Below, piece by piece: positions 36,628 through 46,094 of a DNA stretch of 64,000 bases. Made by a program: the position numbers and the translations under genes. Origin of the DNA: an uncultured Acidobacteriota bacterium (GTDB lineage: Bacteria > Acidobacteriota > Vicinamibacteria > Vicinamibacterales > CAVVIG01); NCBI GenBank assembly GCA_963807925.1, contig CAWEDP010000003.1:98237-162236 (forward strand), in the 5' to 3' direction. The notes under the pieces were generated by a model, which had not been told where the DNA came from, made no database searches, and saw only the letters and a program-made list of their open reading frames with translations. Position 1 is the first letter of the stretch. Every line of letters starts with the position of its first letter.

Positions 36628-37611
36628 ATGCCGCCCATCAAGCGGACCAAATTCAAACTCACCGCGGAGCAGTTGCTGGAGATGTTCTACTGGCTGAAGC
36701 TCATGCGGGCCTTCGACGAGCGGTTGAGCATTCTGGTCCGGCAGGGGAAGGTCCGCAGCGGCGTGTACACCGGCATCGGCCAGGAAGCGATTGTCGTCGG
36801 CACCTGCTTCGGGCTGCGGCGGGAGGACTTCATCTGCCCGCTGCACCGCGATCTCGGCTCGTTCCTGATGAAGGGCGTCGAGCCGCGGGTCATGATGGCG
36901 CAGATGTTCGGCAAATCGACCGGCCTCTCGAAGGGACGCGACTCCGCCCTGCACAGCGGTGTCAGCGAACTGGGGATTTTCGGCAACACGAGCATGCTGG
37001 GGGCCAATCTCCCGGTGGCGGCCGGACTGGCCCTCACCTACAAGATGGAGCGCACCGACAACGTGGTGGTCGCGTACTTCGGCGAGGGCGCCAGCAACGT
37101 CGGCGATTTCCACGAGGCGCTCAACTTCGCGGGGGTTCACCGTCTGCCCATCCTGTTCGTGTGCGAGAACAACCAGTACGCTTATTCGGTGCCCATCGAG
37201 AAGAGCATGGCGATCGACGACGTGGCGGATCGCGCGCACAGCTACGGCTTCGATGGGGTGGCGATCAACGGCAATGACGTGCTGGCCGTCTATCAGTCGA
37301 CGCAGGGGGCGCTCGCGCGGGCGCGCAGCGGAGACGGTCCGACGCTGATCGAGTGCAAGACGTATCGATGGCACGGCCACTCCGAGCACGACAAGGCCTT
37401 CTACCGGACCGACGAGGAGCTCGCGATGTGGAAGAGCCGGGATCCGATCCCGACCTTCACGACCTACCTGGGGGCACGACACGTGCTCACCGACGAGAAG
37501 CAGCACGAAATCGAAGCTCGGATCGCTGCGACGATTGACGAGGCGGTCGATTTCGCGACCGGCTCGCCAGACCCGGCACCCGAAGACGCCGTCACCGATC
37601 TCTATGCATGA
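36628..37611 (+). CDS. TPP-dependent 2-oxoacid dehydrogenase E1 alpha subunit
   Basis: GQEA, FGEGASNVGDFHEALN, CENNQYAYS, TYRWHGHSEHD. Confidence 0.93.
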   Translation: MPPIKRTKFKLTAEQLLEMFYWLKLMRAFDERLSILVRQGKVRSGVYTGIGQEAIVVGTCFGLRREDFICPLHRDLGSFLMKGVEPRVMMAQMFGKSTGLSKGRDSALHSGVSELGIFGNTSMLGANLPVAAGLALTYKMERTDNVVVAYFGEGASNVGDFHEALNFAGVHRLPILFVCENNQYAYSVPIEKSMAIDDVADRAHSYGFDGVAINGNDVLAVYQSTQGALARARSGDGPTLIECKTYRWHGHSEHDKAFYRTDEELAMWKSRDPIPTFTTYLGARHVLTDEKQHEIEARIAATIDEAVDFATGSPDPAPEDAVTDLYA

Positions 37612-37649
37612 CATCGTGGCTTCGCGCCTGCTGAACGAGAGACGGGCGA

Positions 37650-38633
37650 ATGGGTAAGGAGCTCTCGTATCTCGACGCGATCCGCGAGGGCCTCGCGGAG
37701 GAGATGCGCCGCGATCCGAAGGTGTTCGTGCTCGGCGAGGACGTCGGGGCGTACGGCGGCGCGTTCGGTGTGACGCACGGACTGCACGAGGAGTTCGGCG
37801 ACGACCGCGTCGTCGACACGCCGATCTCCGAGTCGGCCATTGTCGGCATCAGCATCGGCGCGGCGCTGCGCGGCTACCGGCCGGTCGCCGAGATGCAGTT
37901 CGCCGACTTCATTTCGTGCGCCTTCGACCAGATCGTGAATCAGGCGGCGACGCTCCGCTACCGTTACGGGGGGCGCGCGTCGGTCCCGATGGTCGTTCGC
38001 GCGCCGAGCGGCGGGAACGTCGGCGGCGGTCTCTACCACTCACAGAATCCGGAAGCGTGGTTCGTCCATCGGCCAGGGCTCAAGGTCGTTGCGCCCTCGA
38101 CCGCGTACGACGCGAAAGGCCTGATCAAGGCGTCCATCCGCGACGAGAACCCCGTCATCTACCTGGAGCACAAGTACCTGTACCGGCGCGTCAAGGGACC
38201 GGTGCCCGAGGAGGACGAGGTCGTCGCGATTGGCGCGGCCGCGACGCGACGCGAGGGCCGCGACATCACCCTGATCTCCTACGGCGCGATGGTGGCGCCG
38301 TCGCTCGACGCCGCGGGCCGGCTGGCCGGCGAGGGCGTCGAGGTCGACGTGATCGACCTCCGGACGCTCCAGCCGTTCGACAAGGAGGCGATCTTCGCGT
38401 CACTCGAGAAGACGAACCGCGTGCTGATCGTGCACGAGGACGTGAAGACGCTCGGGATCGGCGCCGAGCTGTCGGCCGTGATCGCGGAAGAGCGATTCGA
38501 CCGGCTGGACGCGCCGGTGATGCGCGTGACCTGCCCCGACACGCATTGTCCGTTCTCGCAGGTGCTCGAACACGCGAACCTGCCGAACGCGGAGACCATC
38601 GTCGCCGCGCTCCGACGCCTTGCCGAATACTGA
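37650..38633 (+). CDS. 2-oxoacid dehydrogenase E1 beta subunit
   Basis: GEDVG, DTPISE, AEMQFADF, YHSQ, IDLRTL. Confidence 0.93.
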   Translation: MGKELSYLDAIREGLAEEMRRDPKVFVLGEDVGAYGGAFGVTHGLHEEFGDDRVVDTPISESAIVGISIGAALRGYRPVAEMQFADFISCAFDQIVNQAATLRYRYGGRASVPMVVRAPSGGNVGGGLYHSQNPEAWFVHRPGLKVVAPSTAYDAKGLIKASIRDENPVIYLEHKYLYRRVKGPVPEEDEVVAIGAAATRREGRDITLISYGAMVAPSLDAAGRLAGEGVEVDVIDLRTLQPFDKEAIFASLEKTNRVLIVHEDVKTLGIGAELSAVIAEERFDRLDAPVMRVTCPDTHCPFSQVLEHANLPNAETIVAALRRLAEY

Positions 38634-39217
38634 TGATCAGCAGTGCTGACGGCGCCTCGCTCGACGTGACGCTGATCGAGCGCGTCGTGGCCCGGGACCC
38701 GAGCGCCATCGGCGAGCTGTACGATCGGCACAGCCGGCTGTTGTACGGCCTGATCCTTCGCATCGTCCGCGACCGGAGCGAGGCCGAGGAGATTCTGCAG
38801 GAGGTCTTCGTCCAGGTCTGGACGCGGGGCGAGACTTACGACGTCGCCATCGGCCCCCCGGTTGCATGGCTCGTGCGCATCGCGCGCAACCGGGCGATCG
38901 ATCGCCTGCGGGCCAGCCAGGTCCGGTCGCGCACGGCCGAGGCGGCGCCACGCCCGCCGGCCGTGGAGAACCCGGAGACGAGCGCGGAGGCGACCGAACG
39001 CCAGCGCGTGGTGAAGCGTGCGCTCGACGCGCTGCCCGGCGACCAGCGGCTCCTCATCGAGAGCGCGTATTTTCTCGGAATGACACACTCCGAGCTGGCG
39101 GTACACTTCGGTCTGCCGCTCGGCACCGTGAAAACGCGCGTCCGGACCGGAATGATGGCGCTGCGGCGCGAGCTCCGGCCGATAATGGATGGAACCGCCG
39201 CGAAACAGACGCGATGA
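38633..39217 (+). CDS. ECF RNA polymerase sigma factor (SigK/RpoE-like)
   Basis: LYDRHS, AEEILQEVF, WLVRIARNRAIDRLR, LPLGTVKTRVR; TGATG overlap with E1 beta. Confidence 0.92.
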   Translation: MISSADGASLDVTLIERVVARDPSAIGELYDRHSRLLYGLILRIVRDRSEAEEILQEVFVQVWTRGETYDVAIGPPVAWLVRIARNRAIDRLRASQVRSRTAEAAPRPPAVENPETSAEATERQRVVKRALDALPGDQRLLIESAYFLGMTHSELAVHFGLPLGTVKTRVRTGMMALRRELRPIMDGTAAKQTR

Positions 39218-39690
39218 GCATCGACTTCGACAAGCTCGAGTGGCCATTGGCCGAACTGGCAGGAGACGACCCGCCCGCCTCCACCGTGCGGGACCGCCTC
39301 ATTGCGCGCATCCAGGCGGACGTGCCGGCGATTCCGAACGGCTTTGCGTTCCGCTTCGCGCGGACCGACGAGTGGGTGGCGCACCCGGTGCCCGGAATCA
39401 GGATGCGCGTGCTGTCGCTCAATCGCGACAGCGGCTACGCGACGCTGCTGCTCGACGTCGATCCGGGGACACGCTTTCCTGCCCACCATCACAGCGGCGC
39501 CGAGGAGTGTTACGTCATCTCGGGGAGCGTCTACAGCTGGGGCCGTCGCATGGGCCCGGGCGACTTCCTCCACGCCGACGGCGGCACCGACCACAGCGAG
39601 CTCTGGACCGACGAGGGGGCCCAGGTGCTGCTGGTGATCCCGCCGGAAGACTACATGCCCGATCCGGCTTCAGGCCGCACCGCCACGTAG
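39214..39690 (+). CDS. ChrR-like cupin domain protein (anti-sigma C-terminal part)
   Basis: PGTRFPAHHHSGAEECYVISG, GDFLHA..H; ATGA overlap with the sigma gene. Confidence 0.85.
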   Translation: MSIDFDKLEWPLAELAGDDPPASTVRDRLIARIQADVPAIPNGFAFRFARTDEWVAHPVPGIRMRVLSLNRDSGYATLLLDVDPGTRFPAHHHSGAEECYVISGSVYSWGRRMGPGDFLHADGGTDHSELWTDEGAQVLLVIPPEDYMPDPASGRTAT

Positions 39691-39735
39691 CTCCCAGCCC
39701 CATCCCTTCGGCGTCGAGGGCCGTAAGGTAAGGAT

Positions 39736-39963
39736 GTGGATGCGCAGCGCGAGGCGACGGCGCTCTATGCGCTGGGCGCACTCTCAGGCCCTCAGGCCGA
39801 CGGCTTCGCGGCTCACCTGCGCGAATGCCCGGTCTGCGCCGCCGAGGTGCGGACTTTCGTGGGAGTTGCCGCCGCGCTGGCGCTCTCGGCCGAGCTCCCA
39901 CCGACCGAGAGGATTGCGCCGCACGTCCGCGAGCGGATCCTGCGCGTCGCCCAGCAGCGCTGA
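39736..39963 (+). CDS. stand-alone zinc-binding anti-sigma (zf-HC2/ZAS) domain protein
   Basis: YALGALS, HLRECPVC (HxxxCxxC), VRERIL. Confidence 0.75.
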   Translation: MDAQREATALYALGALSGPQADGFAAHLRECPVCAAEVRTFVGVAAALALSAELPPTERIAPHVRERILRVAQQR

Positions 39964-40009
39964 GGCAGTCCGCGGAACCTCTTCGCGGAGTCCTGTCAGG
40001 CCGGACCGA

Positions 40010-40928
40010 TCACGCCGACGCGAAAATCGCCTGCAGCGCCACCTCGACATCGGTATACCGAAAGGCGAATCCCAGGCGCAGGGCTTTCGCCGGAACGGCG
40101 CGCTGGCCCGCCAGGAGCAGGGCGTCGGCCATCTCGCCGAGCGCCAGCCGCAATGCGAACGCCGGCGCGGGCAGAAACGCCGGCCGCCGGAGTGCCCGCC
40201 CCAGCGCTTTCGAGAACTCCGCGTTGGTGACCGGTGCGGGCGCGGTGGCGTTGATTGCACCGGCCGCGGCCGGCGTATCGACGACCCACCGGACGAGCGC
40301 CACCCAGTCGGCGCGATGGATCCAGGGCCAGTACCTGTCTGCCCGACCCCAGGGGTCCGCCGACCCCGAGCCGGAACGGCGGCAGCATGCGCGGCAGCGC
40401 GCCGCCGTCTCTGGCGAGCACGATCCCGGTACGGATACAGGCCACGCGTGTGCGGCTGTCCGGCCCGTTGACGGCGGCCGCCTCGGCTTCCCACTGCTCG
40501 CAGACGCGGGCGAGGAAATCGGCGCCTGGCGGGTGGTCTTCGCTGACGATCTCGTCGCCGAGCGGGCCGTAGTATCCGACGGCCGAGGCGCTCACGAACA
40601 CGCGGGGCGGCGTGGCTGCGGCCCGGACGGCCCGCGCGAGGCTGCGGGTCGCGAGCCGGCGGCTTTCAAGGATGCGGTCCTTCCGGGCGCGAGACCATCG
40701 GCGTTCCCCGATCGACTCCCCGGCGAGGTTCACGACAGCCGCGGCGCCGTCGAGCTCCTGCTCCCAGGCGCCGGGTGGTCCATCCGGATTCCAGGCGACG
40801 CCCCGGCCCTCCGTGCCCGGCATCGCGCCGCGTCTCGACAGCACGACGACTTCGTGACGATCGGCCAAGAGACTGCGGGCCAACGGGCGGCCCAGAAACC
40901 CTGTGCCACCGGCAAGTACGACCTTCAT
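40010..40928 (-). CDS. TIGR01777 family NAD-dependent epimerase/oxidoreductase, with a +1 frameshift near 40335
   Basis: GGTGFLG, NLAGESI, SASAVGYYG, RTGIVL, GSGRQ then YWPWIH..NATAPAP in the frame of 40010..40303. Confidence 0.87.
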
Positions 40929-41036
40929 GCGTCACCTCGCCCTCCGAGCTCCAGCGTCTGGCTGGAAACAACACTTGTACAACCTCTTTTCTTCCCGCAG
41001 CGACTCATCTGATCGGGCGCTCTACGCCCCACCGGC

Positions 41037-41042
41037 TATAAT
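41037..41042 (+). promoter_or_regulatory. -10 element TATAAT upstream of the TonB receptor gene
   Basis: perfect TATAAT in an otherwise GC-rich intergenic region. Confidence 0.5.
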
Positions 41043-41063
41043 CAGGCGGTCCCGGAAGCGAAA

Positions 41064-43478
41064 TTGAGATCAGATATCTGCGGGTGGTTGCGTGTCGCCG
41101 GCGTCGCGCTGTTCCTGCTGCTTGCATCGGCGATGGGTGCTGCAGCTCAAGAGGTTCGCGGGGTGGTCGTCGATCAGACGGGGCTTCCGCTGCCGGGCGC
41201 CACGGTCGAACTGCTGGCCGGATCGACCGTCACGTCGACGATCACCGCCCGTTCGGATGGCAGCTTCGAATTTCCCGCCCGCCTGCGCGGCTCCCGCGTC
41301 GTCGTGAGACTGCAGGGGTTCACGACCGTCTCGGTTCCCCGCGCGGACGCCTCGCGAATCGTTCTGCCGCTGGCGCGCACGGAAGAGACAATCGAGGTGC
41401 GGGGCAGCGCGCTGTCGGAGTCCTCGCCGGTTGCTCCTCTGCTGGGCAATGCGCTGACGGCCACCGAGATCGCGCGGCTGCCCAACACGCGTCTCCAGGC
41501 GCGCGAATCGCTGCCGCTCCTCCCGTCGGTGATTCGCGGACCAGACGGTCTGATGCGGCTCGGCGGCGCGCGGCCCTCCGAATCGCCGATGCTGCTCGAC
41601 GGCTTCGACGTCACCGATCCGGCGACCGGCCTCACGTCCATCTCGCTGGCGTACGAAGCGGTGAACGGCGTGGAAGTGCTGCGCGATCCGATGACCGCGA
41701 CCTACGGCGGCCTGATGGGGGCGCTCTTCAAGGTCGAGACGCGCGCCGGCAGTGAAAAGCAGATGGGCGTCCAGGGGTTCGTTCCGCGGCCGCGCTTCCA
41801 GAGTCCCGGCTTCGGGCGGATCGAGGGCATTTTTCCGCGTTTCTTCATCGGCGGCAGCAGCAAGACCGGCCGCGTGCGCTACTTCTCGGCCGTCGAGTAC
41901 AACTTCGAGCGGATCGTCGTCCCCGACGTGACGCGCGGAAGCGGGCCGAACATCGTCGAGAAGACCGGCAGCCTGTTCACGCGGCTGGACATCGCGACGT
42001 CGCCCCACCATCAGCTGACGCTTCACGGGCTCATCTTTCCGAGTGCGACCGATCTCCAGGGGCTGAGCGTGCGCAGAGACGAGGCGGCCGCGCCCGACGT
42101 CAGCGCCGTGGATTTGTTCGGCGGCATCACCAGCCGGCGCACCTTCGAGAATTCGACGGTGCTGACCGTCCGGGTGGGGGCGCTGGCGCACAACTCCAGG
42201 ATCCGGCAGAACGGCAGCGGGCCGTCGCTGCTCTCGGCGCTCGGGTGGCGGCAGAACTGGTTCTCGCACGTCACGCGCGACGCCGTGCGCTACAGCGCGG
42301 CGGTCACGCTCGACAGGGCCCTGCAGACCTCGAAAGGCTCCCACGACCTCACCGTCGCCGCCTCGCTCCGCGCCAGGCGGCTGCGCGGCTCGGTGAGCGA
42401 GGATCAGGTATCGGTCGAGGACGAGGACGGCTCGCTCGTCCGCGCCGTCGAGTTCGGCGCGCCCTCGTCGATCAGCGCGCACGACTGGCCGTACGACGTG
42501 GCGGTCCGGGATCTCTGGCGTCCGAACGATCGCGTCCAGCTCGACGCCGGGTTCCGCGTCGACGGGATCTCGCAGTACGGCGCCCTGCCGTCCGCGCGCG
42601 GCGGCATTCGATACGCGCTCGACGAGTCGGGCGCGACGGTTTTCAAGGGCGGCGTCGGAAACTTCGTCGGCAAGATTCCGCTGGCCGCGTCCGCGTTCGG
42701 CGGATACCCGGTCCGGATTGAGTCGCTGATCGATCCGGCGTCCGGCCAGGAGCGATCCTCCGTGTTCCAGCCGACCGTCGAGCAGCTCCGCCTGCCGAAC
42801 GCGTTCGCGGTCACCCTCCAGCTCGAGCGGCAGCTTCGCCCCGGTCTGGACGCGCAGGTCGGGTTCACCCGCCGCAGCTCCTCGGGCCTCGCGACGCTCG
42901 ACGTGCCGCGGCAGGGTGGCCCCCTCGCCGTGTCGAGCAACGGCCGGAGCACCTACAAAGAGGTTCAGGTGTCGGTCCGCCAGACATGGGGCCGGTCGCA
43001 GCAGCTGTTCGTCAGTTACGTGCGCTCGTCGGCGCGGGGCGAGTTGAACGACTTCATGGCGCTCTTCACCGGGTTCGATCAGCCGCTGCTGCAGCCCGGC
43101 GGCATCTCGCGCCTGAGCGCCGACGCGCCGCATCGCTGGCTGGCATGGGGCACGCTGAACACGCCGTTCTGGGGAATCGTCATGTCGCCGGTGATGGAGT
43201 GGCACTCCGGGTTCCCGTACTCCGTGGTCGATCCGCAGTACTTCTACCTCGGGGAGCCGAACGGCGGCGAGTACCCGGCCTTCTTCGGGGTCGACATGAT
43301 CGCCTACAAGACCGTGTCGTACAAGAACCGGGCCGCCGACCTCGGCGTGCAGCTGTTCAACCTCACGAACCACGACAACCCTCGAGCCGTGTACCCGGTC
43401 TTCGCCAGTTCGCAGTTCGGCACCTTCGCCAACAGCGTCGGACCGATCGTTCGCGGCTTCATGATGATCAAGTGGTGA
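41064..43478 (+). CDS. TonB-dependent receptor-like outer membrane protein with N-terminal carboxypeptidase-regulatory-like domain
   Basis: signal peptide, GVVVDQTGLPLPGATV, plug-like LLDGFDVTDP, FNLTNHDN, C-terminal W. Confidence 0.85.
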   Translation: MRSDICGWLRVAGVALFLLLASAMGAAAQEVRGVVVDQTGLPLPGATVELLAGSTVTSTITARSDGSFEFPARLRGSRVVVRLQGFTTVSVPRADASRIVLPLARTEETIEVRGSALSESSPVAPLLGNALTATEIARLPNTRLQARESLPLLPSVIRGPDGLMRLGGARPSESPMLLDGFDVTDPATGLTSISLAYEAVNGVEVLRDPMTATYGGLMGALFKVETRAGSEKQMGVQGFVPRPRFQSPGFGRIEGIFPRFFIGGSSKTGRVRYFSAVEYNFERIVVPDVTRGSGPNIVEKTGSLFTRLDIATSPHHQLTLHGLIFPSATDLQGLSVRRDEAAAPDVSAVDLFGGITSRRTFENSTVLTVRVGALAHNSRIRQNGSGPSLLSALGWRQNWFSHVTRDAVRYSAAVTLDRALQTSKGSHDLTVAASLRARRLRGSVSEDQVSVEDEDGSLVRAVEFGAPSSISAHDWPYDVAVRDLWRPNDRVQLDAGFRVDGISQYGALPSARGGIRYALDESGATVFKGGVGNFVGKIPLAASAFGGYPVRIESLIDPASGQERSSVFQPTVEQLRLPNAFAVTLQLERQLRPGLDAQVGFTRRSSSGLATLDVPRQGGPLAVSSNGRSTYKEVQVSVRQTWGRSQQLFVSYVRSSARGELNDFMALFTGFDQPLLQPGGISRLSADAPHRWLAWGTLNTPFWGIVMSPVMEWHSGFPYSVVDPQYFYLGEPNGGEYPAFFGVDMIAYKTVSYKNRAADLGVQLFNLTNHDNPRAVYPVFASSQFGTFANSVGPIVRGFMMIKW

Positions 43479-43571
43479 CCCCGGAGCGCCCGGCGGTCGC
43501 GACGCGGAAGATCCTCCGGACCACCGCCACTGGTTGCCGATGCGCCGATGTCGGCGGTCGGAATGCGCGCC

Positions 43572-44720
43572 TCAGAACGTCTGGCGCGCGACCCACTCCC
43601 GCAGCAGCGAGTCGACGACGAGGTACCTGGCGCCTTCCCGGCTGACGACATCGTCGCGCAAGAGCGCCGCGAGCGACGCCTGCGCTGTCGAGGCTCCGCC
43701 GAGACGATGGCGCACCCGCACGTCCGCCGACAGGACTTCGCGGCCATCTTCCAGCACGACGGCGCGCAGCGCCGCGCGCTGCGCCAGCGTCAGCCGCTGC
43801 CACAGCGCTTCGAACATGACGTGCTGTTCCGCCAGCAGACGCCGGAGCGCGCCGTGCAGGTCGTCGAGCGTGGCGCGCCGCCTTCGGGCCGTGCGCGCCT
43901 GATCCCATGTTTCATGGGCCAGTCGCTGGACGTCGTAGGGCAGATTCCCGGCCACGTCGACGACCGCGGCGCCCAGGCCCGGCTCCGGGTCGATGCCCGA
44001 TCGTCTGAACCGATCGTCGACGAACGCGGCGAACTCGTCGGCTGGAATCTTCTCCAGTCGCAGGACCGGACCGGCCTTGTAGAACGGCCGTCTCGCTCCG
44101 AGCATCCGTTCCATGAGACTCGGCTCGGATCCGGCGAACACGTACCCGACCCGACGCTGGTGCTGGACGGCGGCGCGCATGGCGTGCTCGACCAATCCGC
44201 CGTCGAACCCGCCGACGGCCTGGAACTCATCGAGCGCGACGACGACCGGGCGCCGCCGCGCCTCGGCGAGCCGCGCGGGCAGCGCGAACACTTCGTCCGC
44301 CAGCCTGGAGACGTCGCGATCGGTGCGCACCGCGGGAAACGCGACGCCAAAGGGGCCCCGTCCGGACCCGGCCGGTGCCTGGCGGATCTCGGGCCGGGCC
44401 GATCGAATCGCGTCGAGGATCGCCGGGCGCGTCCGCCGGCCTTCGGTCTCGGCGACGGCCAGCGTGCGGGCGTACGCCTCGAGGAAGGCGACGTACGAGC
44501 TGCAACTGCTGACCGTCAGCTCGACGGTCACCGACCCGCGGCGCGCCAGCGTCGCGAGGGCCCGGCCGATGAGCGACGACTTGCCGTAGCGGCGGGGCGA
44601 GATGAGAAAGACCTTCTGGCCGTCCGACAGGTCGCCGACGAGGCGCCGCAGCTCGTCGACGCGATCCGCGAAGGCCTCCGGCGGGACGACCTCGCCGTAC
44701 ACGAACGGGTTGCCCGTCAT
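43572..44720 (-). CDS. P-loop ATPase (archaeal-ATPase/AAA-like) with probable C-terminal winged helix
   Basis: NPFVYG, FADR..E, SPRRYGKSSL Walker A, VALDEFQ Walker B; alternative GTG start 44729. Confidence 0.85.
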   Translation of the reverse strand: MTGNPFVYGEVVPPEAFADRVDELRRLVGDLSDGQKVFLISPRRYGKSSLIGRALATLARRGSVTVELTVSSCSSYVAFLEAYARTLAVAETEGRRTRPAILDAIRSARPEIRQAPAGSGRGPFGVAFPAVRTDRDVSRLADEVFALPARLAEARRRPVVVALDEFQAVGGFDGGLVEHAMRAAVQHQRRVGYVFAGSEPSLMERMLGARRPFYKAGPVLRLEKIPADEFAAFVDDRFRRSGIDPEPGLGAAVVDVAGNLPYDVQRLAHETWDQARTARRRRATLDDLHGALRRLLAEQHVMFEALWQRLTLAQRAALRAVVLEDGREVLSADVRVRHRLGGASTAQASLAALLRDDVVSREGARYLVVDSLLREWVARQTF

Positions 44721-44737
44721 GCGAAACACCGTACTCG

Positions 44738-44755
44738 TTACGCAGTATAACGTAA
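44738..44755 (-). promoter_or_regulatory. inverted repeat TTACG-N8-CGTAA enclosing the -10 (TATACT) of the ATPase gene
   Basis: AT-rich palindrome; minus-strand TATACT at 44744-44749. Confidence 0.55.
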
Positions 44756-44813
44756 TGCGTGAGCCGATCGAGCGGGTGCGGGGCGCGGTCGGGGGATCTC
44801 CCGGCCGGTCCGG

Positions 44814-46058
44814 TCAGTGGTACTGCCGCGGAAGATCGACGAGCACCCTGCGCCGCTTGAGCTGCGCCAGCTCCGGCGGCGCCGGCCCCCCCGCCAGCGC
44901 GGCGAGCGAGCCCCGGGCAATCTCGAGCGTCTCCGGCAGGTACTCGCGGCAGGCGCCGTACTCGTCCTCGTAATCGGCTGAGGGGAAGCGCAGCCGGAGG
45001 CGCACGCGGTCCCCGCGGTCCTCGACGGCGTACAGCGGGTTCACGCGCACCTCGCCCACAACGGGCGCTTCGGCAATCGGGTGTTCGCGGAAGACCCGGT
45101 CGTTCCGCGTGGCGACGAGCGTCAGCGCGGCCTCGCGGTTCAGCGACTCGTCGGGATCGCGCCGGCTCAGATCGAGCGGCCCGCCGTTGACGACGTCGGC
45201 GAAGAGGGCCGACTCGCCGAACAGCCGCGGCTCGATCGTCTCGAAGAGGTCGCGATAGCCGGCCGGCGACAGCGGCTGCCCGTGCGAGGGGCACCAGACC
45301 AGCTCGTTGTGCGTGTGTCCGATCAGCGCCGCCCGGTTCGCGTCCGCGCCGTCGACGAGGCGCAGCAGCTCGCCGACGAACTGCCGCTTCGTCCAGATGT
45401 ACATGAACGCGTCGATGCACATCGCCAGCCGAAAAGCGCCGCGCGCGAACGGCATCGGCGCGTTGCCGTCGCAGCAGACAGCCTCGCAACCGGGTGCGGT
45501 GAACCGGCGGCCCAGCCACACTTTCGGGAAGTACAGGTCGGCCAGCACCGGCGGCGCCGATCCGAGGCCGACGAGCGATCGCGTCAGATGGCCCGACCCG
45601 CCGCAGACGTCGACGGCGCGCCCCCCGCCGGCCAGCACGGTGCCGGCCACGGCGCGCACGACGGCGTCCGCCACCACGTAGGTCGGGTCGGAAAACCGGT
45701 AGAGAAAGTAGCCGCCCTCGAAATTCGGCCCGAGCGCCTCGACGAGCCCGCGATAGGTTGACGCGTCGGACCGCGCCGCCGCTTCGAAGCGCTCGGCCTG
45801 GGCGTCGTCCTCGAGACCGAACATGGCGCGCCGGGCGCGATCCGGTTCACCGGCCTGGAGATGATCGCGCGCGGCGGTTGCCGGCGGATGCAGGTGCAGC
45901 ACGGGGATGCCTGCGACGACGGGGAAGATGCAGCAATGGCAGCCGAGCACGCCGTCGATGATGTCGTCGCCCTCGGTGCGATGGAAGATCGACGGCACCA
46001 GCGCAAGACGGCCGCCGCAGTACGGGCAGCGCAGGATGTCGAGAGTATCGGCACGCAT
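44814..46058 (-). CDS. Trm112-like Zn-ribbon + class I SAM methyltransferase-like protein
   Basis: LRCPYCGGRL..LGCHCCIFPVVAGIPVL; VDVCGGSGH motif I; PMPFARGAF. Confidence 0.75.
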   Translation of the reverse strand: MRADTLDILRCPYCGGRLALVPSIFHRTEGDDIIDGVLGCHCCIFPVVAGIPVLHLHPPATAARDHLQAGEPDRARRAMFGLEDDAQAERFEAAARSDASTYRGLVEALGPNFEGGYFLYRFSDPTYVVADAVVRAVAGTVLAGGGRAVDVCGGSGHLTRSLVGLGSAPPVLADLYFPKVWLGRRFTAPGCEAVCCDGNAPMPFARGAFRLAMCIDAFMYIWTKRQFVGELLRLVDGADANRAALIGHTHNELVWCPSHGQPLSPAGYRDLFETIEPRLFGESALFADVVNGGPLDLSRRDPDESLNREAALTLVATRNDRVFREHPIAEAPVVGEVRVNPLYAVEDRGDRVRLRLRFPSADYEDEYGACREYLPETLEIARGSLAALAGGPAPPELAQLKRRRVLVDLPRQYH

Positions 46059-46094
46059 GTCACCTCTTTCGACGCACCGAACCGGTGCGACCGC

